Source: Candidatus Bathyarchaeota archaeon (GTDB lineage: Archaea; Thermoproteota; Bathyarchaeia; Bathyarchaeales; Bathycorpusculaceae). From it: a stretch of DNA of 64,000 bases. Shown here in pieces: positions 48,512-57,941 of this stretch (position 1 is the stretch's first letter; every line of letters begins with the position of its first letter). A program made the translations under genes and the position numbers. The stretch spans positions 416,001-480,000 of the forward strand of contig CAWHVC010000005.1 of assembly GCA_963832745.1 (NCBI GenBank). The letters run 5' to 3'. The notes beneath the pieces are model-generated. The model worked only from the letters and a program-made list of their open reading frames with translations, had not been told where the DNA came from and ran no database searches.

Positions 48512-49990
48512 ATGCTACTTACAGGCATAATCATAGGAACAATCATCAAGTTTACACCCCTAAAAAAGCAAAACAAAGCAGTAGCCACAGCCACCCTTGT
48601 AATTGCCACAATTTTTGCAAGCTACTTCCTATTACTATTCTATTTTAATGAACTTACTTCTAACAGTTATTTCCAAAATTTCGCATCCACGTTAAATTCG
48701 ACAGTGATTGCAGACTTTTTTGCGGGTTCAGCCAGTTTGGCGGCGGCAGTTTTACTAATTGGCCTTTTCGAAGTATGCTTAATTGCTAGTTTTGCCATTG
48801 AAGAAACTGTCGACGACTATTTTAGAAAACGAAAAAATGTAAAAGAAATGTTGGCTGAAACTTTTGAAGAAGCTCCAGTAGAACCCTGTCAAATTATTCA
48901 AAGCCCCGAAACAGTAGCAGAGGCGCAACCGATAAACGCTGTTTCACAAGAAGAAACCATAGCTGCCAAAGCGCAGGGACTAAAGAAGGATGAGCAAAGC
49001 ATAATGGAGCTTTTCCTTTACGAAAAAATCGCCCAAATCACACCTAACCTTAACGCTATGCAGCCAGAAGGCTACAGTTTTGAAGGCTTACCCCAGCTGG
49101 ATTGGGACATAAAACGTATAAGACAAACCCTTGACGCGTTAGTCCGCAAAGGCTTTTTGAAGTCTGAACTTGTAGACAAAGTAATAACCTGCACTGCATG
49201 CGGTTCAGCAAACGTACGAATAAAAAAATTATGCCCCGAATGTAACTCGTTACGGTTAAGAAAAGAAGTGCTTATCGAGCATTTAACTTGTGGCACTATT
49301 GATCGGCAGACAGCGTTTGAAACTTCAAACGGCGACTTAGTTTGTCCTAAATGTAACGTTAAAATGAAAATCATAGAGGAAGATTACCGGTTGCTGCCGT
49401 CGTCTTATGTATGCTTGAACTGTAACGTTAGAAGTAGTGAACCGCTTTTAGCGGCTAAATGTGACAACTGCAGCACAACCGCTGAACTTGACGAAGAACC
49501 AGAAGTTTACCTCTACAAATACACTGCTACTTCAGAAATGCCGCTTCAAGACATGCAACAAATTAAGCCTATAGAGGTCTGCACTAAATTTTTCAGGGCT
49601 TTAGGTTACAAGGTTATTGCACCTGCCTACGTGAACGGCAAGTCTGGAACTAAACATCTTTTTGACATGCTGGTTCTAGGCAAAGTCGGCGTGGTTGGAG
49701 CAGGTAACCAAATGCCGCAAAAAGAAGCTGTTTGCGCATGCAAGGGTCATGAGAATACGGTGATTGAGCTTTTAATTGCTAACAAAAAAGTAGATTTAGA
49801 GGAAATTACCCGAATCTATGGTATGATTAATGATGTTGACTGTGAAGCTTTGATTTTTGTTATTCCGGGTATGACTGAGAATGCACGCAATTATGCTTTA
49901 GCGTATAAGATGAAGATTTGTGAGGGCAAAACTATAGAGGAAGCGTTGGTTAACTGGGTTATTCCTAAGGCTCTTGATACAACTGCCTAA
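48512..49990 (+). CDS. Membrane protein with TackOD1 multi-Cys domain and C-terminal restriction-endonuclease-like domain
   Basis: Three N-terminal TMs; CTAC/CPEC/EHLTCG/CPKC/CLNC/CDNC; GKSGTKHLFD. Confidence 0.8.
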   Translation: MLLTGIIIGTIIKFTPLKKQNKAVATATLVIATIFASYFLLLFYFNELTSNSYFQNFASTLNSTVIADFFAGSASLAAAVLLIGLFEVCLIASFAIEETVDDYFRKRKNVKEMLAETFEEAPVEPCQIIQSPETVAEAQPINAVSQEETIAAKAQGLKKDEQSIMELFLYEKIAQITPNLNAMQPEGYSFEGLPQLDWDIKRIRQTLDALVRKGFLKSELVDKVITCTACGSANVRIKKLCPECNSLRLRKEVLIEHLTCGTIDRQTAFETSNGDLVCPKCNVKMKIIEEDYRLLPSSYVCLNCNVRSSEPLLAAKCDNCSTTAELDEEPEVYLYKYTATSEMPLQDMQQIKPIEVCTKFFRALGYKVIAPAYVNGKSGTKHLFDMLVLGKVGVVGAGNQMPQKEAVCACKGHENTVIELLIANKKVDLEEITRIYGMINDVDCEALIFVIPGMTENARNYALAYKMKICEGKTIEEALVNWVIPKALDTTA

Positions 49991-50104
49991 ATTAGGCTAA
50001 ACGGTTGTGCCTCTTTTCATAAACTGTAATACAATTGTAACACAGGCGATAATGCTTTTATTCAAACAGCCAACAATTCAACCAAAACACAGGACTAAAC
50101 TAAC

Positions 50105-50731
50105 ATGAACAGCCCCCGAAAAACAACCAACGCAAAACAAGCATCCATAATGGCCATGACCGCAGCACTCTACGCAGTATTCTTTGCAGTTTCATACTCA
50201 ATAGCAATGCCAAACTTTGCGCTACTCTACCTCCCAATCATATTACTAGGCGTTTTCCCGATATGGTTCGGCTGGAGCGGCTTAGTAGGCAGCATGATAG
50301 GCGCATACATCGGCGGCGTCTTCGTCGAAGGCTTACCATTGCACTTTGCATTTGCCGAATCAATCTGTGCACTAATCATCTTCGGCTTAAATTGGCTACT
50401 AATTCCAAAATTTGCAACAGAAGCAAAAACAGCAAAAAGTATGATAACCCTTGCATTAATCTACGCTGCAACACTTCTAGCCGGCACAAGCTACATTGTT
50501 TGGCAGTTATCATACTTTGGCGTGTTCCCAGTTGAAGTTGCCCTTCTTGTCTTGCCACCAACCTACGCGTTAAACCTGCCAATAGTAATCATTATCTGCA
50601 TTGCACTTTTACGTGCGATAACTCCAAGAATAAAAAACTGGGGAATCTACACAGGCAGCTTTAGCGAGTGGCTTCAAAACAGAAAAACTAAGCCGACAGC
50701 AAAAACAGCCCCAAATCAGCAAACAAATTAA
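50105..50731 (+). CDS. QueT/ECF S-component-like membrane protein
   Basis: AMTAALYAV N-terminal helix similar to the QueT at 55760; about 6 TMs. Confidence 0.6.
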   Translation: MNSPRKTTNAKQASIMAMTAALYAVFFAVSYSIAMPNFALLYLPIILLGVFPIWFGWSGLVGSMIGAYIGGVFVEGLPLHFAFAESICALIIFGLNWLLIPKFATEAKTAKSMITLALIYAATLLAGTSYIVWQLSYFGVFPVEVALLVLPPTYALNLPIVIIICIALLRAITPRIKNWGIYTGSFSEWLQNRKTKPTAKTAPNQQTN

Positions 50732-51281
50732 CAAACCACCTAATTTTACCATTTTTTCTTATAAAAGCCGAATCATCAATTTCGAAACCACGTTTCTTAC
50801 AGTAACTTTCGAAGTCGGCTATCCCCAGAAAATGCAAGTTAGGCGTATCATACCATTCGTAAGGCAAAGCGTTAGTTACTGGTACACGTCCTTTAAAGAA
50901 AATCTGTAACCGAGCAGACAGGTCTACAAAGTTAGGAAACCCCACAATAACTTTTCTGCCCACTCGGAGGGCTTCTTTTAGGGCAAAATCTGGTTTTTTT
51001 ACTTGCTGAAACGTCTGATTCAAAATAACGTAATCAAAACTTTTGTCAGCATACTCGGATAAGCCAGTGTCGATGTCTTGCTGGAAAACGTTAAGCCCCT
51101 CTGCAACGCATTTTTGTACTGCTTGGTCGCTAAGTTCTATGCCTTGAGCATGGACAACTTTTTCGTTGACGAGTTGGCTTAAGAGTTCACCGTCGCCGCA
51201 GCCTAAATCAAGAACAGATGCTCCGCTGTTTATCCAGTCCTTGATAATTTGGTGTTCCAGTCTCCTGTTTTTTTGACTCAT
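50688..51281 (-). CDS. metW: Methionine biosynthesis protein MetW
   Basis: [34 protein letters not shown]. Confidence 0.93.
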   Translation of the reverse strand: MSQKNRRLEHQIIKDWINSGASVLDLGCGDGELLSQLVNEKVVHAQGIELSDQAVQKCVAEGLNVFQQDIDTGLSEYADKSFDYVILNQTFQQVKKPDFALKEALRVGRKVIVGFPNFVDLSARLQIFFKGRVPVTNALPYEWYDTPNLHFLGIADFESYCKKRGFEIDDSAFIRKNGKIRWFVNLFADLGLFLLSA

Positions 51282-52390
51282 AGATGGGTGCCTCCGTTTC
51301 CGTTTGCTTTTTCTACGCCATAAAGAAAAATTGAAATTAGTTCGGTTTCCCGTTCAATTTCGAGCAAAAATGCGTCATGCCCGTATGTGCTGGTGATTTC
51401 ACAGTAGCTTGCTTCTACGCCGGCAAGTTTACAGGCTTTCACGATTTCCTGGGACTGATACGCTGGGTACAACCAGTCTGATTTGAAGCTTAAGACGAGC
51501 ACTTTGGCTTTCAAGCCCCTAAAAACTTCGCTGACATTGTTTCCGTTAAGCAAATTAAAGTAATCAATTGCCTTAGTGAGGTATAGGTAGCTGTTGGCGT
51601 CGAAACGTTTTACGAAGCTGTCCCCGCGGTGACGCAGGTAACCTTCGACTTCAAAGTCTGCACCAAACCTGAAAGGATTCTTTTCAGTCTTAGTTTTTCT
51701 GCCGAACTTTTCAGCCATTGACGTGTCACTCATGTAAGTGATGTGACCAATCATTCTTGCTACTGCTAAGCCTTTGGCGGGGGGTGCTGCTTCATAGTAG
51801 TTGCCGTTTCGCCAGTCAGGGTCAGCCATTACAGCTTGGCGTCCAACTTCGTTGAAGGCGATTTGTTGAGGCGAATGTTTTAATGCCGTGGCTATGGGCA
51901 CTGCTGAACGGATTCGGTGTGGATAGCAAGCCATCCATTGTAGAACTTGCATGCCGCCCATTGAGCCCCCGATTACAGCAAGCAGTTTGTCGATTTCTAA
52001 ATGGTCAATCAGGTGGCGTTGGGCGTGGACTATGTCGCTGATTGTTATTGTTGGAAAGCTTAGACCATACGGTTTGCCAGTCTCCGGGTTGACTGACGAT
52101 GGCCCGGTTGAGCCTTTACATCCACCAAGCACGTTGCTGCAGATTACAAAGTACCTGTCTGTGTCTATGCCTTTGCCGGGACCAACGAGGTCACTCCACC
52201 ATCCGCCTTCGCCTGCCACGTGAGAGTCACCTGAAAAAGCATGCAAGATTAGGATGGCGTTGGATTTTTCAGCATTTAGTTTACCATAGGTTTCATACGC
52301 AAGAGTGATTGGCCCGAGTTTTTCGCCGGATTCTAAGGTAAACTCGTCTGGCGGTTTGGCAAAACTGTAGCGCCTGGTTTGGTTAGTCAT
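51278..52390 (-). CDS. metX: Homoserine O-acetyltransferase
   Basis: [39 protein letters not shown]. Confidence 0.95.
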   Translation of the reverse strand: MTNQTRRYSFAKPPDEFTLESGEKLGPITLAYETYGKLNAEKSNAILILHAFSGDSHVAGEGGWWSDLVGPGKGIDTDRYFVICSNVLGGCKGSTGPSSVNPETGKPYGLSFPTITISDIVHAQRHLIDHLEIDKLLAVIGGSMGGMQVLQWMACYPHRIRSAVPIATALKHSPQQIAFNEVGRQAVMADPDWRNGNYYEAAPPAKGLAVARMIGHITYMSDTSMAEKFGRKTKTEKNPFRFGADFEVEGYLRHRGDSFVKRFDANSYLYLTKAIDYFNLLNGNNVSEVFRGLKAKVLVLSFKSDWLYPAYQSQEIVKACKLAGVEASYCEITSTYGHDAFLLEIERETELISIFLYGVEKANGNGGTHL

Positions 52391-52420
52391 CGTTGTAGCG
52401 TCCTCCGTTAGAAAAGGGTG

Positions 52421-53719
52421 TTAGGGTTTTGCTGAGGCTTTTAATGCTTGGTCAAGGTCCTTGATGATGTCGTCTGGGTCTTCGATGCCGATGGAGAGGC
52501 GGATGTAGTCTTCGGTTACGCCTGTTGCTTCCTGCTCATCCCTGGTTAACTGCTGATGAGTGGTTGAGGCGGGGTGCACGATTAGGCTTTTTGTGTCACC
52601 AATGTTTGCCAAGTGCGAGAACAGCTTTACGGATTCGATTAGTTTGCGTCCTGCTTCTTTGCCGCCTTTGATGCCAAAACCGACTAGACCGCCATAGTTA
52701 CCTTGCAGGTACTTTTCTGCTGTTTTGTGGTTAGGGTTATCGGGTAAGCCAGGGTAAACCACCCAGTTGACGAGTGGGTGCTGTTTTAGGAACTGGGCAA
52801 CTTTAAAGGCGTTTTCGGAGTGTTTGCGTTGGCGTAGGGGCAGGGTTTCTAAGCCTTGCAGGAAAAGCCAAGAATGGAAAGGGCTTAACGATGGACCAAG
52901 GTCACGAAGCAATTGCACACGCGCCTTGAATACGAATGCGACGTTTCCAAGCCCAGGGAAATCGCCAAAGGTTTCCCAGTATTTGACTCCGTGATAGCTG
53001 GGGTCTGGCTCAGTGAAATCAGGGAATTTACCGTTGGTATAGTCGAATTTGCCGCTGTCAACGATTACGCCGCCGATGCTTGTGCCATGACCGCCAATGT
53101 ATTTGGTCGCTGAAGCCACGGTGATGTCTGCGCCATAATCTATTGGACGCACAATGCCAATACCGACAGTGTTATCTACCACAAACGGAATACCTGCTTC
53201 ATGGGCGATTTTTGCGAGTGATTCAAAGTCGGGTACGTCGAGTTTGGGGTTGCCGATTGTTTCTGCATAGATGGCGCGGGTTTTTGGGGTTATTGCTTTT
53301 TTGAATTCCGCGGGGTTTTGCGAATTTACAAAAACTGTTTTGCGTCCAAGCTTAGCAAAGGTGTAGTGTAGTAGGCTGTAGGTTCCGCCGTAGAGGTTGT
53401 TGGCTGCAACGATTTCGTCTCCTACATCAGTGATTGTTAATAATGCAAGGGAAATGGCTGCTTGTCCTGACGCAACAGCCAAAGCGCCAGTGCCGCCCTC
53501 AATGGCTGCAACGCGTTTCTCGAAAACATCATTTGTTGGGTTAGTCATTCTTGTGTAAATATTGCCCAATTCTTTTAGGGCGAACAGGTTTGCCGCTTGT
53601 TCAGTGCTTTTGAAGACGTATGAGGTTGTTTGGTAGATTGGGACGGCTCGTGAACCTGTTGTGGGGTCGGGCGCTTCTTGGCCGGCGTGTACGGCTAATG
53701 TGTCAAGTTTTTTTGCCAT
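52421..53719 (-). CDS. metY: O-acetylhomoserine aminocarboxypropyltransferase (sulfhydrylase)
   Basis: [43 protein letters not shown]; start MAKKLDT at 53719 preceded by AGGAG. Confidence 0.95.
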   Translation of the reverse strand: MAKKLDTLAVHAGQEAPDPTTGSRAVPIYQTTSYVFKSTEQAANLFALKELGNIYTRMTNPTNDVFEKRVAAIEGGTGALAVASGQAAISLALLTITDVGDEIVAANNLYGGTYSLLHYTFAKLGRKTVFVNSQNPAEFKKAITPKTRAIYAETIGNPKLDVPDFESLAKIAHEAGIPFVVDNTVGIGIVRPIDYGADITVASATKYIGGHGTSIGGVIVDSGKFDYTNGKFPDFTEPDPSYHGVKYWETFGDFPGLGNVAFVFKARVQLLRDLGPSLSPFHSWLFLQGLETLPLRQRKHSENAFKVAQFLKQHPLVNWVVYPGLPDNPNHKTAEKYLQGNYGGLVGFGIKGGKEAGRKLIESVKLFSHLANIGDTKSLIVHPASTTHQQLTRDEQEATGVTEDYIRLSIGIEDPDDIIKDLDQALKASAKP

Positions 53720-53824
53720 TTTGTTTTGCTCCTTGTGTTTGTTGAAGCGTTGATGGATAACGGCGTTATATTGGTTCTTGACAAAAATATTCCAAAAAGA
53801 ATAAAAGGCAAGTTTAGTTACGAG

Positions 53825-53880
53825 ACCTACCCCTATAGGTTTCTGCATACCATTTCTAACAGGCAGCAAATAGGTTGGTG
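53825..53880 (-). repeat. Dispersed intergenic repeat, copy 3
   Basis: Reverse complement 44/55 identical to copy 1, including a perfect TGCAGAAACCTATAGGGGTAGGT. Confidence 0.8.
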
Positions 53881-53940
53881 ACGAGCTACCCCCTCTACCG
53901 TTCCCGCATACAGTGGATATTAGGAACCAAATATACCGGC

Positions 53941-54597
53941 TTAGTTTTGTTGAGTGCCTGTTAAGTTAAGGGCAAACTTTACCATGTTTATGTCAGTTAA
54001 TGTATACTTGACGTTGATGCTTTCTTGTTCAGCGTTGATTAGTCCTGCCTTTTTTAGGTGATTCATCTGCCAAGTTAATGCTTGTGACGATATCCCCAAG
54101 CTTGCGGCGATGTCTCGGTGAAGCGTTGAAGGATTATGTGACAGAAATGCCAGAATTTGAGCTGCGGTTTGGTGTCTTGTAAGCGAAATTAGCGCCATCT
54201 CTTGCCCAGTGAAGACGCCTACTTGGAAGAAACGTTTGTTTTGACCATCATTGTAGCTTGTGATTAAGCCGTTGCGTTCAAGCACTTGAATTTGGTACTG
54301 CACGACGCCAACGGATAATTTTAAGCCGTCACATATTCCTCTGAAATGGATACCTGGAGTATTTTTGATGTAATTGTAAATTTCCAGTCGTGTTGGCTGA
54401 TCAAGTGGATGTGACGAATTGTTACATATGCCAGTTGCAGCTATAAGTGGAATTGAAGTAGTCAACCTTTCTAACTTGCCTGCATGTTGTACATCAAGTA
54501 ATGTTGGCGACATGTTTGAGGCGGAAGCTACTGAAGCAAAAGCAACAGACAAAGCCAGCGTTATAAGCAAAATGGTTAAGGCAGTTTTATGATTCAC
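53941..54597 (-). CDS. Double winged-helix regulator with signal-peptide-like N-terminus
   Basis: [19 protein letters not shown]...VQYQI..LE..G; second [22 protein letters not shown]. Confidence 0.82.
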   Translation of the reverse strand: MNHKTALTILLITLALSVAFASVASASNMSPTLLDVQHAGKLERLTTSIPLIAATGICNNSSHPLDQPTRLEIYNYIKNTPGIHFRGICDGLKLSVGVVQYQIQVLERNGLITSYNDGQNKRFFQVGVFTGQEMALISLTRHQTAAQILAFLSHNPSTLHRDIAASLGISSQALTWQMNHLKKAGLINAEQESINVKYTLTDINMVKFALNLTGTQQN

Positions 54598-54659
54598 TAT
54601 CTATCCCTGCAAACGTTTGGTTTACAGTTATTTATTATATTCTGTAAACGGGTGTACTA

Positions 54660-55097
54660 ATGGTAAAATCTTGTACCATAAACCCTTTCTTAAAGAAGCG
54701 CTTAATACAAAAGAGGAGAAAAAGCAATTTGTCTGAAACTCAGATCCAAAAGAAAAAACGCAAAAAACAACAACTCACATTGCTACAACAAGTAGAGGAA
54801 GAAACGGCAGTTCAAAACGCACAAGAAGTCATGGAAGCACTTGACGAACTGAAAAAACAGGGAAAACTTGCTGAAATCCAAGTTTGCCTTAAATGCAAAA
54901 GTCCCCGCATTGGAAGGGCAAAAAGTACAAGTGGAGACATGTGGGGGAACATGGGAATGCAACCGCCAAGCTATGAATGTCCAGACTGCGGCTGTCAAGA
55001 ACGCATCGTAATAAAAGCAACCAACAAGCCATTGACGGTAAAAGAAGTTGAGTTAATTAGGGAAGCCATGGATGAAGAAAACGAGGTGACAGAATAA
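54660..55097 (+). CDS. Hypothetical zinc-finger protein (start probably ~54728)
   Basis: CLKC...CPDCG. Confidence 0.7.
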   Translation: MVKSCTINPFLKKRLIQKRRKSNLSETQIQKKKRKKQQLTLLQQVEEETAVQNAQEVMEALDELKKQGKLAEIQVCLKCKSPRIGRAKSTSGDMWGNMGMQPPSYECPDCGCQERIVIKATNKPLTVKEVELIREAMDEENEVTE

Positions 55098-55116
55098 TCG
55101 CCCTTTTGGTTTCCGA

Positions 55117-55788
55117 TTAAACCTCGTATTGTGTTGGGTCTGTTATTCCTGCTTCCTTGAAGGCTTTTTTGCGGTTCACACAGGATTCGCATCTTCCGCA
55201 GTGTTTTTCACCGTCAAGGTAGCATGACCAAGTCAACTCTAAGGGTACACCAAATTCTGCGCCAGCTTGAAGTACCTCAGATTTTTTCTTGCCGCTAAAG
55301 GGTGCTAAAATTGTAATTTCTTGGTCAGTTCCTAGTTGAGCGGCTTTTTCAAAGGCTTGATAGAATTCACGTCGACAGTCTGGATAGAAAGGTTCGTCTG
55401 AACCATGTGCGCCATAAAAAATTTTGTTTGCGCCAACGGTGACTGCATAGGCTACGGCTGCAGATAGGAAAATGGCGTTACGGAAGGGTACGATTATTGG
55501 TGCAGTGAATTCGCTGGTTAAGGGGATGTCTCGGTTTATAAGTGCGGCTGTTCCGCTAAAGATGTCTTTTAATGCTGAAAGGTCGATGATTTTTGTGTTG
55601 GTGCCGAGTTTTTCTGCGATTTTTTGGGCTGCTTGAGTTTCTTTGACGGCGATTTGTCCGTACTTGAAGGTGATTGGGTAGATTTGGTAACCTTGAGTTT
55701 TTGCCCAGTAAGCAACCACGGCGGAGTCTGGTCCACCACTAAGAACAACTATGCATTTTTTAGTTTCGTTCATACAGTTTTGCCTCAC
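55117..55788 (-). CDS. queC: 7-cyano-7-deazaguanine (preQ0) synthase
   Basis: LSGGPDS, YGQ, VPFRN, YPDCR, TWSCY...CGRCESC..R. Confidence 0.95.
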   Translation of the reverse strand: MRQNCMNETKKCIVVLSGGPDSAVVAYWAKTQGYQIYPITFKYGQIAVKETQAAQKIAEKLGTNTKIIDLSALKDIFSGTAALINRDIPLTSEFTAPIIVPFRNAIFLSAAVAYAVTVGANKIFYGAHGSDEPFYPDCRREFYQAFEKAAQLGTDQEITILAPFSGKKKSEVLQAGAEFGVPLELTWSCYLDGEKHCGRCESCVNRKKAFKEAGITDPTQYEV

Positions 55789-56293
55789 TATTTTTTGTTT
55801 CTAACCCTATCCAATGTTGGATACCTGCTTTCTTTAGCAGTTTAAACAGTGGCCAACCGATTAGCACGCTTGCAACAATGTTTCCAAGGGCAATGTACAC
55901 TATAGTTTCAAGAAGTGGGTAACCGTACAGGAAAGACAGCATCCACCCCACGGTTGTACCAAGAACGGCTGAGTAAGCGATGCAGGTTCCGATAACTGTG
56001 TAGTCATTGTTGGTTTTTTTGTAAATGTAGTATACTGCAAACGCCATCACAAAAGAGGGTATGGTGTTTAGCAAATCGATAAGGCCAGCTGGTGAAAAAA
56101 GGTTGGCGATAAAGACTCCCAAGGTGTGCCCCATGACGCCTGCAATTCCGAGCAGTGGCACTGCGGCAACAAGTGAGTCTGCTACTCGGACTTGAAGGGG
56201 TCCATAGGATAATCCTGGAAGAAAAAGTACTAACGCAGCATAAAGTGCGGCGTATACCGATATTAAAGCTAATGTTTTGGTTTTGTTTTGCAA
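55760..56293 (-). CDS. queT: QueT-family 7-deazapurine transporter
   Basis: AALYAAL, LSYGPLQVRVAD, GHTLG..IAN; overlaps queC. Confidence 0.85.
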   Translation of the reverse strand: MQNKTKTLALISVYAALYAALVLFLPGLSYGPLQVRVADSLVAAVPLLGIAGVMGHTLGVFIANLFSPAGLIDLLNTIPSFVMAFAVYYIYKKTNNDYTVIGTCIAYSAVLGTTVGWMLSFLYGYPLLETIVYIALGNIVASVLIGWPLFKLLKKAGIQHWIGLETKNSEAKLYERN

Positions 56294-56362
56294 TCGAAAT
56301 CCTCCCTACCCCGGGTTTTATACTTGGCGGAACGGGTGGGAGATTACTCACCCGCCAATTGC
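56294..56362 (-). promoter_or_regulatory. Structured 5' leader of queT-queC (candidate riboswitch, SD-sequestering pseudoknot)
   Basis: Stem TTGGCGG/CCGCCAA; loop AATCTCCCACCC complementary to GGGTAGGGAGGATT, which contains the SD; TATA TTTTTATG ~25 nt upstream. Confidence 0.6.
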
Positions 56363-56582
56363 AGACAGAAATCGTTGGGTTTCATAAAAAGGTTTGCCGG
56401 GGAAGTCGAGATTGGAATATTTCGGTTTCGGAAATACCACTTATAACTAAATTCGGTCATATTAAGAATCAAGAAGCGGCTTAGATAGAAAGGGGCTAAG
56501 CGGCAAAAGAGAAAGGGGAAGAAAAAGCTCGAGGGAGAGGGGAAGGCTTCCAAGAGGGAAGGAGAAAAGGAGAAGGCAAAAC

Positions 56583-56681
56583 ATGAAATGCCCATCGTGT
56601 GACTCAAAAATCAGTGTAGACATGAAAACCAAAGAATGCAGTTGCCACCAATGTGGCTGGCATAAAACTTTTGGCAAGTAA
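56583..56681 (+). CDS. 32-aa one-domain zinc-finger microprotein
   Basis: MKCPSCDSKISVDMKTKECSCHQCGWHKTFGK; preceded by GGAG-rich sequence. Confidence 0.65.
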   Translation: MKCPSCDSKISVDMKTKECSCHQCGWHKTFGK

Positions 56682-56722
56682 GTCTACCCTTTTGGATTTT
56701 TTAATTAAATTTTTAAGTATCT

Positions 56723-57175
56723 TTGCGTTCACTGCTTTTGGTGAATATTTTGCAGTTTGAAGATTGCGTAAAATTTGCAAACGAGAACCCCTCAAGTTAT
56801 ATAGCTACTACGGAAGGCGACCAGCCAAGAGTACGCGGCATGCTAATGTGGTATGCAGACAAAACAGGCTTCTACTATAACACTGGAGCAGAAAAAGACC
56901 TCTACAAGCAACTCCAAGTTAACCCAAAAGTTGAGCTCTGCTTTTTTGACCCTAAAAGCCAAAATCTGCGTATGATGCGGGTTACTGGAAAAGTAGAGTT
57001 AGTAAGCGACCTTGCTGTTAAAAAGCGGCTTATCGAGGAGAGACCGTTTCTTAAACAGATGGGTTTAACCGCTGAAAGCCCCAGCCTAATTGTGTTACAT
57101 GTACCTAAAGGTGAAGCTTACTTCTGGACCATGGACACAAACATGCAGCCAAAAAATAAGATAACGTTTGGCTAA
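56723..57175 (+). CDS. Pyridoxamine 5'-phosphate oxidase-like FMN-binding protein (start probably ~56742-56749)
   Basis: IATTEGDQPRVR, FYYNTG..K.LYKQL..NPKVELCF, RVTGKV. Confidence 0.85.
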   Translation: MRSLLLVNILQFEDCVKFANENPSSYIATTEGDQPRVRGMLMWYADKTGFYYNTGAEKDLYKQLQVNPKVELCFFDPKSQNLRMMRVTGKVELVSDLAVKKRLIEERPFLKQMGLTAESPSLIVLHVPKGEAYFWTMDTNMQPKNKITFG

Positions 57176-57693
57176 AACGTTTCTTGATGCACAAACTCGC
57201 TAACCTGTCTTCTTGGACGTTGAGCTGGCGATTCAGCAGGATACCCCACTGGAATCATCACAACTGGACGCATATCCTGAGGTGCATTAACCACTTTTTT
57301 AACATCATCTTCCTTGAAGGCACCAATCCAGCATGTGCCTAAGCCCAAACTACACGCGGTTAACAAGATGTTTTCGGTTACTGCTGCTGTGTCCTGAATG
57401 CAGTATAGGCTGCGTCCACGCTCAGCGTAGCTTTCCTGTGCTTTTTTGAGATCTGCACAAACAACAAAAACTATTGATGCTGTTTGCAGTTGTTTTTGAC
57501 CATAAGCCGCCTTGGACAAACGCTGTTTTTGCGCCTCTTGCCTGACAATAACCAGTTGGTACGATTGGGCGTTTCCAGCTGTAGGCGCCATGCGGGCGGC
57601 GTCAACAAGTTTTTCAACCATTTCTTCTGAGATAGCTTGGTTTGTGAATTGACGTATGCTTCTTCGGTTTTTAATCGCTTCAAAAAGTTCCAA
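57172..57693 (-). CDS. Nitroreductase family protein
   Basis: IKNRRSIRQF, APTAGNAQ, ENILL.A..LGLGTCWIGAF, PVGYP. Confidence 0.92.
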   Translation of the reverse strand: MELFEAIKNRRSIRQFTNQAISEEMVEKLVDAARMAPTAGNAQSYQLVIVRQEAQKQRLSKAAYGQKQLQTASIVFVVCADLKKAQESYAERGRSLYCIQDTAAVTENILLTACSLGLGTCWIGAFKEDDVKKVVNAPQDMRPVVMIPVGYPAESPAQRPRRQVSEFVHQETF

Positions 57694-57760
57694 CTTTTAA
57701 AACCCCTATTTTTATTGTATAGTTCGCCCGTAAAAGACTTATCTTCATACTGCACTTATT

Positions 57761-57837
57761 CATGCTTGGATGATGAGCCTAGAGTCACTGAGCAAAAAGC
57801 TGTGATATTGACTCGACGGGCGAACTGACAAAGCATG
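57761..57837 (+). ncRNA. C/D box sRNA
   Basis: C box ATGATGA 57770-76, D' CTGA 57788-91, C' GTGATAT 57802-08, D CTGA 57825-28; terminal stem CATGCTT/AAGCATG. Confidence 0.75.
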
Positions 57838-57941
57838 CTGTTTGCGAGTTGGTAGCGGAAAATTTATCAGTGCAGCAGACATGAACAAGAGAGCTTAAAC
57901 ACGCAAAAATTGCGACGCCAGACAATCGAGGTGAAACATAT

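Noticed and set aside
53720-53869. N-terminal extension of MetY in the ORF track, or a SAM riboswitch
   Set aside because: The extension runs through the promoter and repeat copy 3; the real leader is short and unstructured.
57721-57826. 11-bp inverted repeat AGTTCGCCCGT/ACGGGCGAACT as an antisense target of the sRNA
   Set aside because: The left arm lies upstream of the likely sRNA promoter and has the same sense as the guide on the nitroreductase strand; it may be chance.
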